Part shown: piece by piece, positions 1 to 10,340 of the stretch
Position numbering within the stretch: position 1 is the stretch's first letter
Layout: each line of letters starts with the position of its first letter
Source: a virus
Taxonomy: Duplodnaviria > Caudoviricetes
Length of the DNA stretch: 56,600 nt
Reading direction: 5' to 3' (one strand)
IMG/VR virus record: IMGVR_UViG_3300028840_002373
Span: 1-56,600 of that record
Notes under the pieces: generated by a model
What the model saw: only the letters and a program-made list of their open reading frames with translations
Told to the model about the DNA's origin: nothing
The model's database searches: none
Translations under genes and position numbers: made by a program

Positions 1-144
1 GACCAAGTTTTAGCACCAGTTGGATATTTTATACCAGCAGAGGAATGTATGTTTGAAAGTATACTTGATGAATCTGGTGTAGATACTATGCAATATACTG
101 TTGTTGGTGGAACTAAAACAACTCAAGCGGCAGGAGCAGCACAA
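1..144 (+). repeat. Terminal direct repeat, copy 1 (circular assembly overlap)
   Basis: gaccaagttttagcacc...ggagcagcacaa is identical to 56457-56600 and lies inside the major tail gene. Confidence 0.97.
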
Positions 145-732
145 AAAGGATATGATAAGTTAGAATTTGGTGGAGCTTATATTTTAACTGATTATGTTTT
201 TGAATATTTTGCACCAAAAAGAACAGCAGCAAATTTATATGTAAGAGTTAGATTATATAAAGTTAATATTAGTCCTAATTTAGAAGTGGCTTATAAAAAA
301 GATGGTAAAACAGGTTGGAAATTTACTTGTAAAGCGGCAGCAGATACAACTAAGGACGCTGGTAAACAATTAGGTTATTACTTAGAAGAAACTGCTGACT
401 TAACAGGTACAACACCAACATTGGCGGTAAGTTCAACAGTACCAGCAGATGCAGCGGCAGCAGTTGTTGTCAGTAGTACAATAGTTGTAACATTTAATAG
501 AAATATTCATCCTGAGTCAGTAATAGAAGGTAACTTTATATTAGCAGAAGCAGACGGAACTCCTGTTAGTGGTACTGTTTCACAAACTGATTCAGACGAA
601 GTAACATTTACACCAGATAGTAATATGACAGCAGCAACAGTTCATATTTTTGCTATTAGTGAAAATGTAAGAGCATTAGATGATTATTCAGCAATGGCAG
701 ATAATGAGATTATCAATTTTACTACTGCTTAA
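1..732 (+). CDS. Major tail (tube) protein, 3' part, with C-terminal Ig-like domain; gene starts at 56322 across the junction (about 288 aa)
   Basis: Frame is continuous from ATG 56322 (MGTPSKIHVGAG...DLGYTSEGGTLTY) through base 1; C-terminal VSSTVPADAA...IVVTFN resembles a Big_5 domain; lies before chaperone and tape measure genes. Confidence 0.88.
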   Translation, partial: DQVLAPVGYFIPAEECMFESILDESGVDTMQYTVVGGTKTTQAAGAAQKGYDKLEFGGAYILTDYVFEYFAPKRTAANLYVRVRLYKVNISPNLEVAYKKDGKTGWKFTCKAAADTTKDAGKQLGYYLEETADLTGTTPTLAVSSTVPADAAAAVVVSSTIVVTFNRNIHPESVIEGNFILAEADGTPVSGTVSQTDSDEVTFTPDSNMTAATVHIFAISENVRALDDYSAMADNEIINFTTA

Positions 733-777
733 TTTATGATATAATTATCGATAAATAATAATATCGAGGTGACTAAT

Positions 778-1209
778 GTGAATAATGTAGATAAGAAGAA
801 AGTTTTTGAAACAGCTAAAAAGAGAACTGAAAGAGATAAATTAACAAACAAAGGTGTTGAGATACCATTTGGTCAAACTACAATTACATTAACAGCTTTA
901 GATTGGGATTCTTCAAATAATTTTGAGGATTGCATTGTAGAATTAAGTAAGAAGTTCTCTTTTTTAACTGGTAGTGACCTTATGAAAACAGGAATCGATA
1001 AATTAGTCGAAACAGCGGTAGGTATACTAAGGGAAGATTTAGTTAAATTAGCTGGTATAGCAACTAATGGTAAGATTGATATCGATTATATTAAAGAGGT
1101 TAAAGCTACAAAGAATGATGTAATAACAATAGTTATAGAAGCATTTAAAATAAATTATAGTTACTTAAAAAACTTAATGACCCTAGCTCAAAATCAAGGA
1201 TTGAAATAA
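778..1209 (+). CDS. Tail assembly chaperone (gpG-like)
   Basis: Between major tail and tape measure genes; GAGGTG RBS before GTG 778; slippery site near the 3' end. Confidence 0.8.
   Translation: MNNVDKKKVFETAKKRTERDKLTNKGVEIPFGQTTITLTALDWDSSNNFEDCIVELSKKFSFLTGSDLMKTGIDKLVETAVGILREDLVKLAGIATNGKIDIDYIKEVKATKNDVITIVIEAFKINYSYLKNLMTLAQNQGLK
1167..1173 (+). other. Programmed -1 frameshift site A-AAA-AAC (gpG/gpGT)
   Basis: X-XXY-YYZ heptamer in frame; the -1 frame is open from 1167 into the 1251-1475 ORF. Confidence 0.82.
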
Positions 1210-1475
1210 ATCAACGTGAAATTGGATGGGGTAATGTTTTTGATAAGTTAATGAGTGAGTATAATATGTCAATTAGTGATGTTCGAGCATTAACAAGAGA
1301 GCAAATGTTTCTATTTATTGATAAAATAAATGATAGAGAAGAAGATAAATTAAAAAATGAAGTTCATCTTCATGGTGGCAAGTGGAAATCAAAAGGATTA
1401 GATACAGATGGAGCAATACCAATTGAGGATATGATAGATTCTCAAAAAAAATTAGGTAAAGAAACAACCATGTAA
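1167..1475 (+). CDS. Tail assembly chaperone frameshift extension (gpT-like)
   Basis: -1 frame reads KKLNDPSSKSRIEINQREIGWGNVFDKLMSEY...; no good RBS before ATG 1251. Confidence 0.78.
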   Translation, partial: KKLNDPSSKSRIEINQREIGWGNVFDKLMSEYNMSISDVRALTREQMFLFIDKINDREEDKLKNEVHLHGGKWKSKGLDTDGAIPIEDMIDSQKKLGKETTM

Positions 1476-1483
1476 TAAGTAGT

Positions 1484-1515
1484 AAGCCGATTATAAAATT
1501 TTATAATCGGCTTTA
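1484..1515 (+). terminator. Hairpin / possible terminator before the tape measure gene
   Basis: aagccgattataaa/tttataatcggctt inverted repeat. Confidence 0.55.
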
Positions 1516-1537
1516 TTAATAGGAGGTGAGATTACAT

Positions 1538-4204
1538 ATGGCAACTATAGGTGATTTAATTATAAATTTAACTGTTAGAGGTGGACGTGAAGCAGTTTCA
1601 CAATTTAATGCGTTAAAGTCTGTTATGACTCCGTTAAATAATGCATTTAAAAATGTTACAAGAGGTTTAACTAGTGGTATAACAGAAGGTATTCGATTCA
1701 ACATGATGATGGAAGATATGAATATGTCTTTTAAGACATTAACTGGTAGCGCACAAAGAGGTGAAAAATTAAGTAATAATATACTAAAATTAGCAGCAGA
1801 CACACCATTGGCAACAGAAGCTTTATCAAAAGCAGCTAAAACAATGCTTGGTTATGGTATAGGAGTAGACGATATTTTACCTAATTTAAAAATGTTAGGT
1901 GATTTATCACTTGGTAATGGTGATGTATTACAAAGGTTAGCTGTAGCATTTTCTCAAACAAGTTCAGCAACAAGACTTACAGGGGAAGAAATGAGACAAT
2001 ATCGTAATGCTGGATTAAATCCATTAAAACTTATATCAGAGCAAACAGGTGTAAGTATGGCTGAGTTAGATCAAAAAATGAGAGATGGTGAAATCTCAGC
2101 AGAAATGGTAAAGAAAGCATTTATTGGAGCGACAACTGGTACTGGAAGATTCTCAGGCGCTATGGTTAATGCTTCTAAAACTCTTAGTGGACAAATGGAG
2201 AAATTAAGAGATTATGGTTCTATCTTTCTTGGAGAATTTACTCAACCTATTGTTAATGGTCTTAAACAAATAATACCAACATTTGTTGAGTTTATTCAAA
2301 GATTAACAAATGGTAGCTCAATTATAAATGATGTAATTAATACAATGGATTCTATTTTTACTAAAATAGGTAAAGTTGTAAAAGATGTATTCTCAGGCAT
2401 GGATAAAGATATGATGGATATTATAATAACAGTAGGTCTTGTCATTGCTGGTATAGCACCATTAGGTGTTGCTTTTGGTGCGATAGTGGCAGTTATTGGG
2501 TTTGCTGTATCTGGTATTACTGCATTGATCGGAGTATTTACTTCAATATCTCCTGTTGTATTTGCTGTGATAGGTGCAATAACAGCATTGGCGGCTATAT
2601 TTACAGATATGATATTGAATAATGATAATCTTAAAAGGGCTATAATGAATGCATTTAATGAGATTAAAAATGCTGTAATGGTAGCAGTTAATTTTATTGT
2701 ATCAAATATGGATAATATTAAGGCAGTTTTTGAACGTGTTAGAAATGCTGTAATGTCTGTTGTACCAATAATAGTTGATACCATTACAAGATTTGGTCAA
2801 TCTATAAAACCAGTAGTCGAAGATGTACAGAGAGTTTGGAGTAATTTAGTTAAACTATTTCAAGAAAATCAAACAATATTTACTGCTGTTTTTGCTGTTA
2901 TTGGTGCTGCTGTAGCATGGTTTGTCGGTACTTTTGTCGGTGCTTTTAATGGATTAGTTCGAGCAATTGGACCGATTGTATCAGTTATACTTGGTTTAAT
3001 AGATACAATAATAAATGTATTTAGGCTTGTTGGTGCAATAATTAGCGGTGAATGGGGTAAAATACCACAAATATTAATGGATATTGGAACGTCAATATTA
3101 GATGTTATAGTTAGTGCTTTTAGTGCTGTCGTTGAATTTATTGTAGGTTTTGTTGATGGTATAATTGCAATGTTTACAATGCTTTATAATGTTATAGTAG
3201 GTGGTTCTATAATTCCAGATATGGTTAATGCAATAATTATGTGGTTTAACACACTTATATCAACAGTTATTAATATTGTTCAGACTTTAGTTAATACAGC
3301 TATTAATATATTTAATGCATTAAAGGCAGCAATAACCTCTATAATAAGTGCAATTAAAACAGTAATTACTAATGGTTTTAATGCTGCTAAATCTATAGTT
3401 ACTAGTATTATTAGTTCGATTAAATCAGTAATTAGTAGTGGTTTTAATGCTGCTAGGTCTATAGTTAGTAGTGTTATTAGTTCTATTAGATCAGTAATTA
3501 GTAGTGGTTTCAATGCTGCTAGGTCTATAGTTAGTAGTGTTATTAGTTCTATTAGATCAGTAGTATCAAGCGGATTTAATTCAGTAAGATCAATTATATC
3601 AAGTGCTGTTAATAGTGCTAGGTCTAGATTATCAAGTGCTTTTAATTCTATGAGATCAATTGCAAGTTCAGCTATTAATTCTATTAGATCAATAGTTAAT
3701 AGATTAGGTGGTATTTTCAGAAGTGCTTTAAGTAGTGCTATGGGTGCTATTAGAAGTGTAGCTGGTAGTATGTATAGTGCTGGTGCTAACTTGGTACAAA
3801 ATTTAATCAATGGTGTTACTGCTAAAATAGGTCAATTTAGAGCTAAAATATCAGAACTAGCAAATGCAGCAAAACAATTCTTAGGATTTAGTTCTCCGAC
3901 TGAAAAAGGAGCTGGAAGAACTGCTCATAAATGGATTCCTAATTTAATTGATATGATGGGAAAACAATTAGAACAAGGAGTTGGAAGAATAAGTTTGGCT
4001 AGTGGTAAAGTAGCAAGTGCAATACAACAATCAACAACAGCTACTATTGGTAACTCATTGCAAGCTAATAGAACTGTAATCACTCAAGGTTCTCCTACAA
4101 ATGTAATGATAAAAATAGATGCAAGTCATATGGATGTAGATCAATTAGGTACAGCTTTAGTTAGTAAACTAAGGTCTTATGGTATAAGATCGCAAACTCA
4201 GTAA
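1538..4204 (+). CDS. Tape measure protein
   Basis: About 890 aa, Ala/Gly/Ile-rich; tape-measure N-terminal domain (LAADTPL...RLTGEEMRQY); 11/22-aa periodic repeats; AGGAGG RBS. Confidence 0.95.
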   Translation: MATIGDLIINLTVRGGREAVSQFNALKSVMTPLNNAFKNVTRGLTSGITEGIRFNMMMEDMNMSFKTLTGSAQRGEKLSNNILKLAADTPLATEALSKAAKTMLGYGIGVDDILPNLKMLGDLSLGNGDVLQRLAVAFSQTSSATRLTGEEMRQYRNAGLNPLKLISEQTGVSMAELDQKMRDGEISAEMVKKAFIGATTGTGRFSGAMVNASKTLSGQMEKLRDYGSIFLGEFTQPIVNGLKQIIPTFVEFIQRLTNGSSIINDVINTMDSIFTKIGKVVKDVFSGMDKDMMDIIITVGLVIAGIAPLGVAFGAIVAVIGFAVSGITALIGVFTSISPVVFAVIGAITALAAIFTDMILNNDNLKRAIMNAFNEIKNAVMVAVNFIVSNMDNIKAVFERVRNAVMSVVPIIVDTITRFGQSIKPVVEDVQRVWSNLVKLFQENQTIFTAVFAVIGAAVAWFVGTFVGAFNGLVRAIGPIVSVILGLIDTIINVFRLVGAIISGEWGKIPQILMDIGTSILDVIVSAFSAVVEFIVGFVDGIIAMFTMLYNVIVGGSIIPDMVNAIIMWFNTLISTVINIVQTLVNTAINIFNALKAAITSIISAIKTVITNGFNAAKSIVTSIISSIKSVISSGFNAARSIVSSVISSIRSVISSGFNAARSIVSSVISSIRSVVSSGFNSVRSIISSAVNSARSRLSSAFNSMRSIASSAINSIRSIVNRLGGIFRSALSSAMGAIRSVAGSMYSAGANLVQNLINGVTAKIGQFRAKISELANAAKQFLGFSSPTEKGAGRTAHKWIPNLIDMMGKQLEQGVGRISLASGKVASAIQQSTTATIGNSLQANRTVITQGSPTNVMIKIDASHMDVDQLGTALVSKLRSYGIRSQTQ
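3370..3610 (+). repeat. 66-bp (22-aa) tandem repeats in the tape measure gene
   Basis: Near-identical SGFNAARSIVSSVISSIRSVIS units at DNA level. Confidence 0.85.
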
Positions 4205-4218
4205 AGGAGGTGTTTTAA

Positions 4219-5685
4219 TTGGGTTTACGACATTTATATATTGGTGGTACTGGTGGAACTGGTGTAACACCAACAGGAACAGAAGTACAAATAGGTAAAT
4301 CATGGACAATAAATCAACGAATAAATAATAAAGATACATTCTCATTTACAATAGAAGACGATAATAGTGCAACAATAGAACCATTAATAGAATTATATTT
4401 TTATGATGATACTACTTATATATGGGGTGGAGTTATAAAAACTGTAGATATTGAAAAAGTTAATCCAAATAGAGTAATATACTCAGTTAAAGCAGAGGAC
4501 TTCACTTCTTTAACTGAAAGACCATTAGTGGTTAGATCATATGAAGATGAAACAATATCAACTATTATAAATTCATTGATAACTACATACTTTAGTCAAT
4601 ATGGTGTAACTGAGGGAACTAATACAATAACTACTGTTATAAATCAGATTACATTTAATTATGAAAACGGTGATAATGTATTAAATCAATTAAAGAATTT
4701 TGGTAATTTTCAATGGAATGTAGATAAAGACAAAGTACTAAGTTTTACTATGATAAATACAACAACTAGCACAACTGCTTTAACTGATGAATTATCATTG
4801 AAAAAACAGTTAAGTGCTGACAACTACCGTAATACTCAGTATGGTAAAGGAAAGAAAAAGAGAACTGAGTATTTAGAAGATAAAACTATGACACCTAAAC
4901 CAGATGGTAAGACAAGAGAATTTTTCTCAAATTACCCTATAGCAAAAGAACCAGTAATCGAAACTAATGTTAATGGTGCTGGATGGGTGACTAAAACGGT
5001 AGGTGTTAGAGGTCTACAAACTGATAAAGATTTTTATTGGTCATATAATGATACTCAAGTTTCACAAGATGAAGATGGAACTGTTTTAACTGATGCTAAT
5101 CCAACAGATGATGAAATAAGAATTAGTTACTATGGTCTTATTCCATTACTAGTTGTATCTAGTGATACCTCAGAAGTAACAGCACATGGAGCAGTAGAAA
5201 ACTATATTTACAATAAGCACTTAGAGGATTCAATTGACGCTAAAAATTATGTTACAACATTATTAGACAAATATAGTAATGACGCTGATAAAATAAGTTT
5301 TACCATTCAACAAAAGACATATGAAGTAGGTGTACAGATACCAATAACTGATACATTATTAAATATATCTGGCGACTTTTTAGCTGAGTCTTGTACATGG
5401 ACACCTAGGGGTGCTAATGCGATAAATTATACATATGGTGTGTTAGATGGTGTTGCTCTTGGTGGATGGGAAGAATTTTTCAAAAACTTATTTGCACCAG
5501 AGGTAATTGAATTAGACGATCAAGAAGTAGTTATTCGTATTTATGAATTTGACGAGCCAACAGATCATGACGGTGAATATTATATAGAAGTTACTACACC
5601 ATTATTCCCTAGTAATTCTTTATATCCTAGTAATTCTTTATATCCAAATTCAACACCAACTAGTACAACTACTTTAAATGATTAG
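4219..5685 (+). CDS. Tail tip / hub protein
   Basis: First gene after tape measure; hub-like segments (GGVIKTV, FQWNVDKDKVLSF, YRNTQY). Confidence 0.7.
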   Translation: MGLRHLYIGGTGGTGVTPTGTEVQIGKSWTINQRINNKDTFSFTIEDDNSATIEPLIELYFYDDTTYIWGGVIKTVDIEKVNPNRVIYSVKAEDFTSLTERPLVVRSYEDETISTIINSLITTYFSQYGVTEGTNTITTVINQITFNYENGDNVLNQLKNFGNFQWNVDKDKVLSFTMINTTTSTTALTDELSLKKQLSADNYRNTQYGKGKKKRTEYLEDKTMTPKPDGKTREFFSNYPIAKEPVIETNVNGAGWVTKTVGVRGLQTDKDFYWSYNDTQVSQDEDGTVLTDANPTDDEIRISYYGLIPLLVVSSDTSEVTAHGAVENYIYNKHLEDSIDAKNYVTTLLDKYSNDADKISFTIQQKTYEVGVQIPITDTLLNISGDFLAESCTWTPRGANAINYTYGVLDGVALGGWEEFFKNLFAPEVIELDDQEVVIRIYEFDEPTDHDGEYYIEVTTPLFPSNSLYPSNSLYPNSTPTSTTTLND

Positions 5686-5700
5686 AAATGAGGTGATTAA

Positions 5701-6249
5701 GTGTACAGAATAAAACGAAGTAGACCAATTAAAAGAAGGGTTAAGAAAAGAGATAAAATGAATTTTAATGAAAAACATGGTCATACTGGGAGAATTTTAG
5801 TTTGGTCAATAGACCCTGTGACCAAAAAGAGAACATTAAAACTAGATAAACCAAATCTTATAATGAATCGTACTTTTGGTTATGATTATGAATATTTGCG
5901 TGGTAATAATGTTGCTGCTAATGGTCAAATTATGCATTTAGGAATTGGGGATGATAATACAGCACCAACTTCAACTGATTCTGATTTAGGTAATGAGACT
6001 TATAGAGTACCTGTAATTTCACAAAGTATCACAGGTACAGGAGAATTAACAAGCGAATTTTATATTACTGCTACTGAGTTCTCAGGAACTATTGAAGAAT
6101 TAGGAATATTTGGTGGTTATTTCTTTTCTGAGGACTGGAATGGTGGTACTGGTGCAGATACAGGTAATTTATTGGCAAGAATTTTATATAGTGATACTAA
6201 GACAACTAATGAGGAATTATTAATACAAAGAGTAGATACATTTAGTTAA
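5701..6249 (+). CDS. Baseplate / tail-collar-like structural protein
   Basis: HLGIGDDNTAPTSTDSDLGNE and GTIEELGIFG motifs. Confidence 0.65.
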   Translation: MYRIKRSRPIKRRVKKRDKMNFNEKHGHTGRILVWSIDPVTKKRTLKLDKPNLIMNRTFGYDYEYLRGNNVAANGQIMHLGIGDDNTAPTSTDSDLGNETYRVPVISQSITGTGELTSEFYITATEFSGTIEELGIFGGYFFSEDWNGGTGADTGNLLARILYSDTKTTNEELLIQRVDTFS

Positions 6250-6262
6250 AGGAGTGATTTTA

Positions 6263-6754
6263 ATGTTATATGAATTTACAAGAGACTATGAGATACCAGA
6301 TGGAGGAATCACAGATCAATTTAAATTGAACTCGTATGCTAGTTTTTCAATGGAATTAATTGACATGGTTAAAGTCGATAATAAAATAATAAATATATAT
6401 AGTGTTGAAGAATGGCAAGGTGAGAAAGAATATGAGGAAGAAATAGATGTAATTGATGATGATGGTAAAACAATTAAAGCAGTTAAAAAAGTTATGAAAA
6501 ATGTTTTATCATATAAAGCATTATTAACTAATAATGATAAAGTTGTGAAAGATGGTAGAATTAAACCAATTAAACATAAAAGGAAATTACCTAAAATAGA
6601 TGACCCTATACCATATCCTCATGTACCAGATGTACAAAATAAACCAAGTCAACCTAAGATACCTAAAGAAGAAAATCCACCTAAGACGAAAACAGATGAT
6701 AATCCATCTATACCAATTAAAGACGAAAAACTTAAGGAAAAAGGTGGTGAATAA
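6263..6754 (+). CDS. Hypothetical tail-module protein with Pro/Lys-rich C-terminus
   Basis: ORF with RBS in the tail operon. Confidence 0.5.
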   Translation: MLYEFTRDYEIPDGGITDQFKLNSYASFSMELIDMVKVDNKIINIYSVEEWQGEKEYEEEIDVIDDDGKTIKAVKKVMKNVLSYKALLTNNDKVVKDGRIKPIKHKRKLPKIDDPIPYPHVPDVQNKPSQPKIPKEENPPKTKTDDNPSIPIKDEKLKEKGGE

Positions 6755-6757
6755 TAT

Positions 6758-8521
6758 ATGACAGTACATGGTAATTTTACGGAACTAACTTATACTAATG
6801 GTTCTGGAACTGCTATTAATGCAACTAATTTAAATGCTTCTCAGGCAGTAATGAAAATCACAGACACCGAATTGGCTCGTAGTTTAACTTTTTCATGGGA
6901 ACAATACAAAGAAATGTTTTTTAATTGTAGTACTAAAACAATAGATACATTTAATACATATACAGATTGGTCTGAGACAGGAACATTAACAAAGAGTGAA
7001 GCAGATCATACTGAGTGTATGGTACATGGTCGAGGGGTAAAGATGTTAGAACCAGATAATTCGGCTGGTGAATTGGCTATATATAATAGTGGACATACTC
7101 AACTAGATTTAACAGAGTTTCAAAGTGGTGATACAGCAGCAGCGGCAGATTTAATATGTTTACTTGTTTATATATCTGATACAACATATATCACAAGGAT
7201 AACTATGAGATTTGGTACAGACACAAGTAACTATTATTATTATGATAAAACCACAGGTCTTGTAAATGGATGGAATATTATCACAGTACCTAAGAGTTCA
7301 TTTAGTACATTTGGTTCTATTTCTGATTGGACAGCACAAGATTACATGGCATATAGGGCTTTATTTGCTGCTAATGCTCAAAATGAATATGTCATATTCA
7401 ATCATTGTTCATTAGTTAGAGCGGATTCAGCAACAGCGACACTTATGAATCCTTTTATGGCTAATGATGGTAGTGATAATTGGGATGTTGATGTAATGAC
7501 ACCATCTAGTCAATTCTTAGTTTATAAGGATGAACAATTAGAAGAAATATGTGTTGTTGATTGTTTACAAAGTGGTTTAGCTTCAACAGACCCAGATTTT
7601 TTAGGTTGTGGATTTGTATGTAGTAGTTTTAGTGGTTCATTTAGAATGATAGTTAAAGCCACAGATTATAGTCAAGGTATAATGTGGTATGTTGATGATG
7701 ATAATTGGATTTTATTTCAACTTGACGATGCCGATTTACAAATAACTGAAAGGTATAGTGGTTCAACTAGTTATCATTTTGAATCCCTTAGTGCAACTCC
7801 GTTAGTTGGTAGTACTGTAGTAATGAAGTTTGAAAAAATAGGTGGTGGTACTGCTAGAGTATGGATAACTGATGAAAGCGAAACATTTACTTTTATTGAA
7901 GAATCTACTGAAACCCTACAGTTTGCCGATAGTACAGAAGGTGAACTAGGTATTGGAGCAGTATCGACAAGTAATCTAGGAGTAATTCAAGATTTTGTTG
8001 TGAGCAATAGAAGAATAGATCAACTAAAGTTACCACAATTAAGAAGTAATGATATTGGTGATAAACTTGTTGTTATAAAACAAGTTGAAGAAGTTTACAC
8101 TAGTACTACTATTCAACCCGATAACGAATTAAAATTAAGGTTAAAACCATTTTGCATATATAGGATTAAATTACATTGTTTATCTTATGGTGCTACAGCA
8201 GGAGATATAAAAACAGATTGGACAGTTACAGGAGATATCACAGGAATAGGGTTAAAAGGTTGTCGTGGTGCTGCTAGTGGCGAATCAGACCCTAATGATT
8301 GTCAAACTAGATGTAATGCACTTGGATTAACTACAGGTGTATCTGGATATGGGTTAACTACATTACATACAACATTTATTACTGAGGAATTTATAGTGAG
8401 TACAGACGATCAAGGTGGAGTATTACAATTTTATTGGGCGCAATTAGCTGCTAGTGGTACGTCTACAGCAGTTAGAGAAGGTTCATTCCTATTAGCTGAA
8501 AAAATAGCCAATAATTATTAA
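6758..8521 (+). CDS. Tail fibre / receptor-binding protein
   Basis: N-terminal TAINATNLN anchor motif, beta-rich carbohydrate-binding-like domains; last gene of the tail operon. Confidence 0.7.
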   Translation: MTVHGNFTELTYTNGSGTAINATNLNASQAVMKITDTELARSLTFSWEQYKEMFFNCSTKTIDTFNTYTDWSETGTLTKSEADHTECMVHGRGVKMLEPDNSAGELAIYNSGHTQLDLTEFQSGDTAAAADLICLLVYISDTTYITRITMRFGTDTSNYYYYDKTTGLVNGWNIITVPKSSFSTFGSISDWTAQDYMAYRALFAANAQNEYVIFNHCSLVRADSATATLMNPFMANDGSDNWDVDVMTPSSQFLVYKDEQLEEICVVDCLQSGLASTDPDFLGCGFVCSSFSGSFRMIVKATDYSQGIMWYVDDDNWILFQLDDADLQITERYSGSTSYHFESLSATPLVGSTVVMKFEKIGGGTARVWITDESETFTFIEESTETLQFADSTEGELGIGAVSTSNLGVIQDFVVSNRRIDQLKLPQLRSNDIGDKLVVIKQVEEVYTSTTIQPDNELKLRLKPFCIYRIKLHCLSYGATAGDIKTDWTVTGDITGIGLKGCRGAASGESDPNDCQTRCNALGLTTGVSGYGLTTLHTTFITEEFIVSTDDQGGVLQFYWAQLAASGTSTAVREGSFLLAEKIANNY

Positions 8522-8533
8522 CAATTAAAAAAA

Positions 8534-8575
8534 ATACTAATGAGTTATTTATGGGGTAACTCATTAGTATAAAAG
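8534..8575. terminator. Bidirectional terminator between tail operon and endolysin
   Basis: atactaatgagtta/taactcattagtat stem between convergent genes. Confidence 0.7.
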
Positions 8576-8617
8576 AAAAAGTATTATATTTCATGACTAA
8601 TGTATATCAATATTATA

Positions 8618-9352
8618 CTACTTAGGAAGTGTATAGTATAATACTTCTATCAAACCTTTCCAGTTATGACCTTCTTTGTGTATTGTTTTTAAGTCTTCTA
8701 AGTAAACATGTGACCATTTAGAAACTTCTTTTAATATTTGCTCATAATTCTTTTTACCTGATGGTGTCTCAGGAACATAAGTTAAATTAAAGTATTCACA
8801 TATACCCTTACAAACTTCAATAGCACATTCTTTTTGATAGTTTAAATCCCTCATTAAATTAGCTTCTTTTAGTATATCCATGAATCCAAACTCACTTAAT
8901 ACTGCTGGCATTGTTGTTTCTCTTAATACAAAAAAGTTAGCTGATTTAACACCCCTATTTTTCAATGGTGTACCTTGTAAGCTATATTTATGAATACTAG
9001 TTGCTAATTTTTTTCCGCTAGAACTATTAGGATAATGGTAAGTCTCAATACCACCTTCACCAGATCGCCAAGAGTTAGTCAAAGCATTAAAATGACCAGA
9101 CCAAAAAATATTACACTTTTTATTATTTGCTCTATTTGTGCGAACATAAAGAGGTGTATCAGTTCTTTCTGGTGATACATCATAAGGTGTTAATTGCGGT
9201 TGTCTCTTTAGTTCTTCAATTAAAAAAGTTTTACATGCATGATTAAATTCGTTTTCTCTTATCTGTGTTCCATCTGGATATTCAGGTGTTCTTTTTCCAG
9301 CAGTTTCCATTCCATGACCATCCGAGCAAGCTACTGTATAAATTTTACTCAT
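8618..9352 (-). CDS. Endolysin, N-acetylmuramoyl-L-alanine amidase (Amidase_3)
   Basis: DGHG...E, SGHFNA, GIETY and FFVLRETTMPAVLSEFGFMD zinc-amidase motifs. Confidence 0.93.
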   Translation of the reverse strand: MSKIYTVACSDGHGMETAGKRTPEYPDGTQIRENEFNHACKTFLIEELKRQPQLTPYDVSPERTDTPLYVRTNRANNKKCNIFWSGHFNALTNSWRSGEGGIETYHYPNSSSGKKLATSIHKYSLQGTPLKNRGVKSANFFVLRETTMPAVLSEFGFMDILKEANLMRDLNYQKECAIEVCKGICEYFNLTYVPETPSGKKNYEQILKEVSKWSHVYLEDLKTIHKEGHNWKGLIEVLYYTLPK

Positions 9353-9428
9353 ATTATTACTCCTTTCCAAAAGTACCGTTCTTTTTTCTATTTTGAATAT
9401 TTGGTCTTGATATACCTAATCCAGTTTT

Positions 9429-9650
9429 TTATTTGCTAACATAGGTAGCTATTATACCTATTAAGCACATAATGACACCAACTAAAGATGTTAAAACTAA
9501 GTTACCATTAGTTTTCAATGTTTGCTTTAGTTCATCTATTTCCTTTTGTTGCTCGTCGTTACAGTATTTTTGTAATTCAATTTTAGTATTTAAATCTAAT
9601 ATATATCTCAATTGTTTACATTCATTTGAGTTACAATTGTTATCGCTCAT
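9429..9650 (-). CDS. XhlA-like membrane lysis protein (coiled coil plus C-terminal TM)
   Basis: 73 aa, one C-terminal TM helix, directly upstream of the endolysin. Confidence 0.55.
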   Translation of the reverse strand: MSDNNCNSNECKQLRYILDLNTKIELQKYCNDEQQKEIDELKQTLKTNGNLVLTSLVGVIMCLIGIIATYVSK

Positions 9651-9675
9651 GATATAAACATCCTTTTATTTATAT

Positions 9676-9735
9676 TGTATCATTTATTACTTATCAATAA
9701 AAGAATTGAATATTAATATATTAATGATACAATAT
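9676..9735. promoter_or_regulatory. Divergent extended -10 promoters (TGATACAAT on both strands)
   Basis: attgtatcat near 9676 (minus) and atgatacaat near 9724 (plus) between divergent lysis genes. Confidence 0.5.
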
Positions 9736-9801
9736 AAACAAGTGATTATTATTCTCATGGTTTAGCACACAATAATAAACCATGTGAAATGAGGTGATTT
9801 A

Positions 9802-10002
9802 ATGCAAAATGATATTCAACGTAGAATTAGAAGTAAAGTTTTATGGTTAGCTATAGCTAGTCAATTAGGAATCATCTTAGTTACATTAGGAATCTTCGAC
9901 AATACAGTATTAGAAGAATACAAGATAATAGTAAATGCATTATTAGTGATATTAGGTTCATTTGGTATTATAAATAATCCTACAGATAAGAATCACTTAT
10001 AA
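9802..10002 (+). CDS. Phage holin (two TM helices)
   Basis: RIRSKVLWLAI...GIINNPT pattern typical of Firmicute phage holins. Confidence 0.82.
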   Translation: MQNDIQRRIRSKVLWLAIASQLGIILVTLGIFDNTVLEEYKIIVNALLVILGSFGIINNPTDKNHL

Positions 10003-10073
10003 ATCAACTCTAGTAAATATTTTATATTAGACTATTATTAGTCTATTTTTTTTAAACTAATGGAGGTTAGGAA

Positions 10074-10340
10074 ATGTCTATTAAACAAATAACAACTAAA
10101 TATAATTTAAATCCGCTTTATTTAAAAAAAGTAATAAAGATGAAAAATGTAACACAACAAGAATTAATGCAACTTTTTGATAGGAGTATTGCTTCTATTT
10201 ACACTAGGTTAAGTGGTTCAAAAATGTTTACAATTAAAGAAGCATTTTTATTAGCTGATTATCTGGATATGGATATAAATAAGTTATTTGCACCAACACA
10301 AGATGATGTTATGAATGTTATTGTTAGAGATAAATTATGA
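10074..10340 (+). CDS. XRE-family HTH protein
   Basis: VTQQELMQLFDRSIASIYTRLSG...FTIKEAFLLADYLDMDINKLF. Confidence 0.75.
   Translation: MSIKQITTKYNLNPLYLKKVIKMKNVTQQELMQLFDRSIASIYTRLSGSKMFTIKEAFLLADYLDMDINKLFAPTQDDVMNVIVRDKL

Noticed and set aside
1516-3810. Minus-strand ORFs inside the tape measure gene
   Set aside because: Antisense shadows of a repetitive coding sequence, with no RBS
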